Notes under the pieces: model-generated
Told to the model about the DNA's origin: nothing
Database searches by the model: none
What the model saw: the letters and a program-made list of their open reading frames with translations, nothing else
IMG/VR virus record: IMGVR_UViG_3300032248_000447
Location: 1-36,958 of that record
Reading direction: 5' to 3' (one strand)
DNA length: 36,958 bases
Origin: a virus
Taxonomy: Duplodnaviria; Caudoviricetes
In this document: positions 33,360-36,958 of the stretch, piece after piece
Layout: every line of letters begins with the position of its first letter
How positions within the stretch are numbered: position 1 is the first letter of the stretch
Translations under genes and position numbers: made by a program

Positions 33360-34046
33360 ATGTCACAATTTTTTGATAAATTTCCACTCTTACCATATGA
33401 TATTGAAGGTAAAAGATTATCTACGTACCAACTTACAACTAATATATTCTTTAGATTGAGAATCATTCGATCAGTTCTTAATAATATCTCTGCATATTAT
33501 GAACATCTAGTTTCAGATTCAGATACTCCAGAAATTTTAGCAGATAAAGTATATGGTAATCCAGAAGCACACTGGATCATCCTAATGGCTAATGATATCA
33601 TTGATGCACAATATGATTGGCCACTAAACACAACAAACTTCAATAAGTATATCATCAAGAAATATGGATCTATTGCAAATGCCAAAACACAGATCCATCA
33701 CTATGAGAAAGTAGTTACTAGAGAAGAACAACTTACTGGAATAGTGACAGAAACAAGATTTGTGATCAACGAAAATAAACTAACAACCAATACTCCTGAT
33801 GTTCCTTATGACTACTATAATAATTTACCCGAAACACAAGAAGTTAATACATATAACCTAGAAGATGATAGAACAGTAGTAGAAATTACAAGAAGAGATG
33901 CTATTTCTTGTTATGATTATGAAGATCAATTGAATGAAAAGAAGAGATCGATTAAGATTATTAAGCCTGAATATTATGCACAGATACTTCAAGAATTTGC
34001 ATCACAAACAAAACGTGATGTTCCATATATAAGGAAATTGGTATAA
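33360..34046 (+). CDS. 53: baseplate wedge protein gp53
   Basis: FF..FP...Y, D.PE.LA.K.YG....HWIIL..N.I.D....WP, HHYE and YE...NE.KR.I motifs. Confidence 0.92.
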   Translation: MSQFFDKFPLLPYDIEGKRLSTYQLTTNIFFRLRIIRSVLNNISAYYEHLVSDSDTPEILADKVYGNPEAHWIILMANDIIDAQYDWPLNTTNFNKYIIKKYGSIANAKTQIHHYEKVVTREEQLTGIVTETRFVINENKLTTNTPDVPYDYYNNLPETQEVNTYNLEDDRTVVEITRRDAISCYDYEDQLNEKKRSIKIIKPEYYAQILQEFASQTKRDVPYIRKLV

Positions 34047-34051
34047 ATTAA

Positions 34052-35266
34052 ATGGCAGAAGAAACTTTACCTAATGGCGAAGAACAGTTAGTATCAATTA
34101 AACTTGGTTTTCTAGGTGTTCCTGATTACAATCTATTTCAAGTTACACCTGATGAGATAATTTTAGGTGAAAGTATATTGACACCAGGACTACAGACATC
34201 AGTTCGTGTTTTCAGTTATATTCATAGTTTACCACCAAAAAATTTAGATTTATTCAAAAACTCTGATATGAGTATTGAATTACAAAGAGACATATTAGGT
34301 TATTTTGAATTGCCTACATCTATGAGTATAAAACAAACGACATATAGAATTGATAATAGAAAATTAATGAATAACAATATTGAGCAGTTCACTATACATG
34401 CTTGCGATCAATCTTTATTAAATGATGCAGGAACTCTTGTTAGTAAAATGTGGTCATGCAAAACACCATCACACATCACTAATTATGTTTTAAGAACTTG
34501 TGCTGGTGTAAAGAATCTGGATGTAGAAGAATCAAAACCAGCAAGAGATTATAGAGCAGAAAACATACATCCATTTCAGGTAGTATCACAACAAGCCCAA
34601 GCTGCATTAGATCCAGAAGATGAGCCATCGTTTGTTCATTATATGACTTATGAAAACGGTGGCACACATCATTTCAGATCATTATATTCTTTGTGTAGAC
34701 AATCACCAGTGATGAATTTTAAATTTGCTGAGGTTGGTGCTAAGAATGGATATGGTAATCCTTATACAATTATGACATTATCATTTCCTTGTGATTTTGA
34801 TCTATTATCTGATATACTGAATGGTGTAGGAACAGATGGTAAAAAACTTAATACATTGCTAACTTTTAATCCCATAACAAAATCTACTAACTTATTTGGT
34901 GTTAATGTGAATGGTTGTGGAATAGGTGCAGGTGTTGTTAAGATGGCACTATCTAATATGGATTCAGCAAAACAACAGAATGCTTGTCCTGATTACACAA
35001 ATCTTTATATTCAGAGAAGACAGGCAAGAATGTCTCTCTTAGAAAAAGATAAAATAGCACTAAGACTAACTGTACCATGGAATCCAAAGTTGAATGCAGG
35101 AAAAGTAATTAGTATCGATTGGATAAATAAAGAAAAAGAAGATGAAAAAGTATATGGTTCTGGTACATATTTGATTGCCAGTTTATCTCATAACATTAAA
35201 TTTGGTGGATTCTCTACAATTACAATGGATTGTGTGAGTACTACTGTAGGACAAGGAATAGTATAA
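34052..35266 (+). CDS. baseplate hub protein (gp27-like)
   Basis: Position between gp53 and gp5; ESI..P, HFRSL..L, L.VP....L.AG..I and SG.YLI..L.H motifs. Confidence 0.6.
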   Translation: MAEETLPNGEEQLVSIKLGFLGVPDYNLFQVTPDEIILGESILTPGLQTSVRVFSYIHSLPPKNLDLFKNSDMSIELQRDILGYFELPTSMSIKQTTYRIDNRKLMNNNIEQFTIHACDQSLLNDAGTLVSKMWSCKTPSHITNYVLRTCAGVKNLDVEESKPARDYRAENIHPFQVVSQQAQAALDPEDEPSFVHYMTYENGGTHHFRSLYSLCRQSPVMNFKFAEVGAKNGYGNPYTIMTLSFPCDFDLLSDILNGVGTDGKKLNTLLTFNPITKSTNLFGVNVNGCGIGAGVVKMALSNMDSAKQQNACPDYTNLYIQRRQARMSLLEKDKIALRLTVPWNPKLNAGKVISIDWINKEKEDEKVYGSGTYLIASLSHNIKFGGFSTITMDCVSTTVGQGIV

Positions 35267-35267
35267 T

Positions 35268-36710
35268 ATGCCAGGTATTCAAAATTTTCCAGATGATTTG
35301 AGACCAGTTATTGTCGTTAGTGGTAATCAAGATTTAGATCAATATAATTCTGGACTATGTAAAGTTGTTAATCCATTAATACACTCAAAAGAAGGATATC
35401 CAGTAGATCAATTAAATTTTATTGGTGGTCTTATTTCAACAACTCAAAAAGCAATTGAAGAAAATAACAAAGCACCAGAATATGGAACAGTGTGTCTATC
35501 AAAATCAGAAACTGGACTACCTGGAACAGAAACAATCATAGGTGTATTCAAACAAGTAAACAATCCATCATCACAACCTGGCAATAATCCAGTTGCTAAG
35601 TGGCTAGAATGGGCAATACAACAATCTACTGGTAAAAAAGTCAAACCTAATATCAGAGAAATTATTAATAAAGGCGCAAAAGTTAGAGAAGCCAACGAAA
35701 AAAATCAAGAGTGGAAACATGCATTAACAGCAGGATTAAATATTAGTGTTACTGATCCACCAATTCTCGGTCAATATGTTCCAGAAATTAGACAAATAGC
35801 AACAGCAATCCAAAATTTTGCTGAGATTCCTACATCAGGTATACTATCACAATTACCTGGTTCTATTATGAATCTTGCTTCTTTGTTAAACAATATGTCA
35901 AATAGTCAAAAAAGTCAAGCAACAAAAAATATGCCAAGTGAAGTTGCTACAGCATTCAATAGTATGTCAACTCTATTAACAAGTACATCTACCAATGGTA
36001 GCAATGTGACATCGGATAGAATACATGAAGAAACATTTATGAATAATGCTGTTGATTTGTTATCACAAGTTACTAATTTATCTGATCTAATAACTGTTAT
36101 GCAAAGATTACATGAAGATGAAAGTATAAGAGGATTAGAGAACTTTGCAAAACAAGCAGAAACAGGTTTAACTGCTACTGTGATAGATGACAATGTTTCT
36201 GATGTGAGTTACTTACTTTTAGACAAAGATGTTAGTAAATCCACAATATATTTTACTCAAGGATATAGCATCAATGTAAATAATCAAATGCATGTTGTTG
36301 TCTCAGCAAATCAAGATTCAAATTTAATAACTGTATTGCCAGAAGTGAAATATTCTTTTGTTAATGAAAGAGTGAAAGTATATTTACCTGTTGTAGAATA
36401 TCAGACTGAAGGTCCATATGGTTCTATGACAATGCAAATGGATATGAATGGAAATATAAAACCAAATAAACAATCTGCACAAAAAATAGCATCTGCAATA
36501 CAATCCCTAATAAGTCTAATGAATTCTGCTCAAGCAGGAGGTAAAGGACAAAACTTATTTGGACCTGCTGCTGATCTACTAAGTAAATCTATACAAAGAA
36601 TTCCTAATAACATAAGAGCACAATTGATAAATGAAGTTGCATCAAAAGCAAAAACATTGTTTGATCCTAGTGTAAAAAAGTTATTAAATGGTCAATATCC
36701 CGGTGTTTAA
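35268..36710 (+). CDS. baseplate protein in the gp5 position (possible N-terminal part of a split gp5)
   Basis: 480 aa; N-terminus loosely resembles an OB fold (D....GLCKV..P..H); synteny. Confidence 0.45.
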   Translation: MPGIQNFPDDLRPVIVVSGNQDLDQYNSGLCKVVNPLIHSKEGYPVDQLNFIGGLISTTQKAIEENNKAPEYGTVCLSKSETGLPGTETIIGVFKQVNNPSSQPGNNPVAKWLEWAIQQSTGKKVKPNIREIINKGAKVREANEKNQEWKHALTAGLNISVTDPPILGQYVPEIRQIATAIQNFAEIPTSGILSQLPGSIMNLASLLNNMSNSQKSQATKNMPSEVATAFNSMSTLLTSTSTNGSNVTSDRIHEETFMNNAVDLLSQVTNLSDLITVMQRLHEDESIRGLENFAKQAETGLTATVIDDNVSDVSYLLLDKDVSKSTIYFTQGYSINVNNQMHVVVSANQDSNLITVLPEVKYSFVNERVKVYLPVVEYQTEGPYGSMTMQMDMNGNIKPNKQSAQKIASAIQSLISLMNSAQAGGKGQNLFGPAADLLSKSIQRIPNNIRAQLINEVASKAKTLFDPSVKKLLNGQYPGV

Positions 36711-36724
36711 TAGAGAGAAAATTA

Positions 36725-36958
36725 ATGACTAATTATAATGATAATGATAATAATAGAAAAAAAACAGAACCTAATTTTGATGAACCTAAAGATCCGAGAA
36801 AAGGTGGATTGAAAGGAGATTTATTCTATGCACATCAAACCCGGTCAGGAATAACAACGACAATATCTGATGTTCCTGGTTATGAGCACTGGATGGTTCA
36901 GCATAGAGTCGGACAAATGATTGCTCTCCTTCCTAATGGTGGAATTCATATGAGAGCA
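36725..36958 (+). CDS. gp5 C-terminal-like spike protein (3'-truncated by the window edge)
   Basis: MTNYND...QTRSGITTTISDVPGYEHWMVQHRVGQMIALLPNGG resembles the gp5 T.SGH...DDT.G.E.....H..G......P.G motif; open to the window end. Confidence 0.65.
   Translation, partial: MTNYNDNDNNRKKTEPNFDEPKDPRKGGLKGDLFYAHQTRSGITTTISDVPGYEHWMVQHRVGQMIALLPNGGIHMRA

Noticed and set aside
1-36958. Alternative genetic code (stop codon reassignment)
   Set aside because: Core genes are full length in code 11, and TAA, TAG and TGA all end recognisable genes at expected positions.

Overview
AT-rich segment of a large T4-like (myovirus) phage genome. The host is most likely an alphaproteobacterium, inferred from the two-piece tmRNA, the B12-dependent NrdJ and a Rhizobiales-type Cys-rich protein. 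Left to right it carries: late/virion-associated hypotheticals (1-4184); gp61 primase, ThyX and an intein-containing class II ribonucleotide reductase; an accessory region of small early genes driven by five related promoters with a conserved upstream dyad; RNase H; PhoH; three enzymes with T4 capsid-targeting-like N-termini (kinase-like, ligase-like/nucleotidyltransferase fusion, unknown); an esterase and an exonuclease; a circularly permuted tmRNA (tag ANDNSIETLALAA); a SpeD-like gene; gp33, gp59 and gp32; and a baseplate/head-completion module (hub-associated peptidoglycan hydrolase, gp51, gp26, gp54, gp2, gp4, gp48, gp53, gp27-like, split gp5). The most notable observations are the phage tmRNA together with an unannotated ArfA-like ORF (possible dual ribosome-rescue kit), the dyad-promoter cassettes, the putative virion-packaged enzyme cluster, a G/GT-like -1 frameshift site joining gp26 to gp51, and an SD-sequestering hairpin upstream of a GIY-YIG nuclease. 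All calls come from reading motifs by eye; no searches were run.
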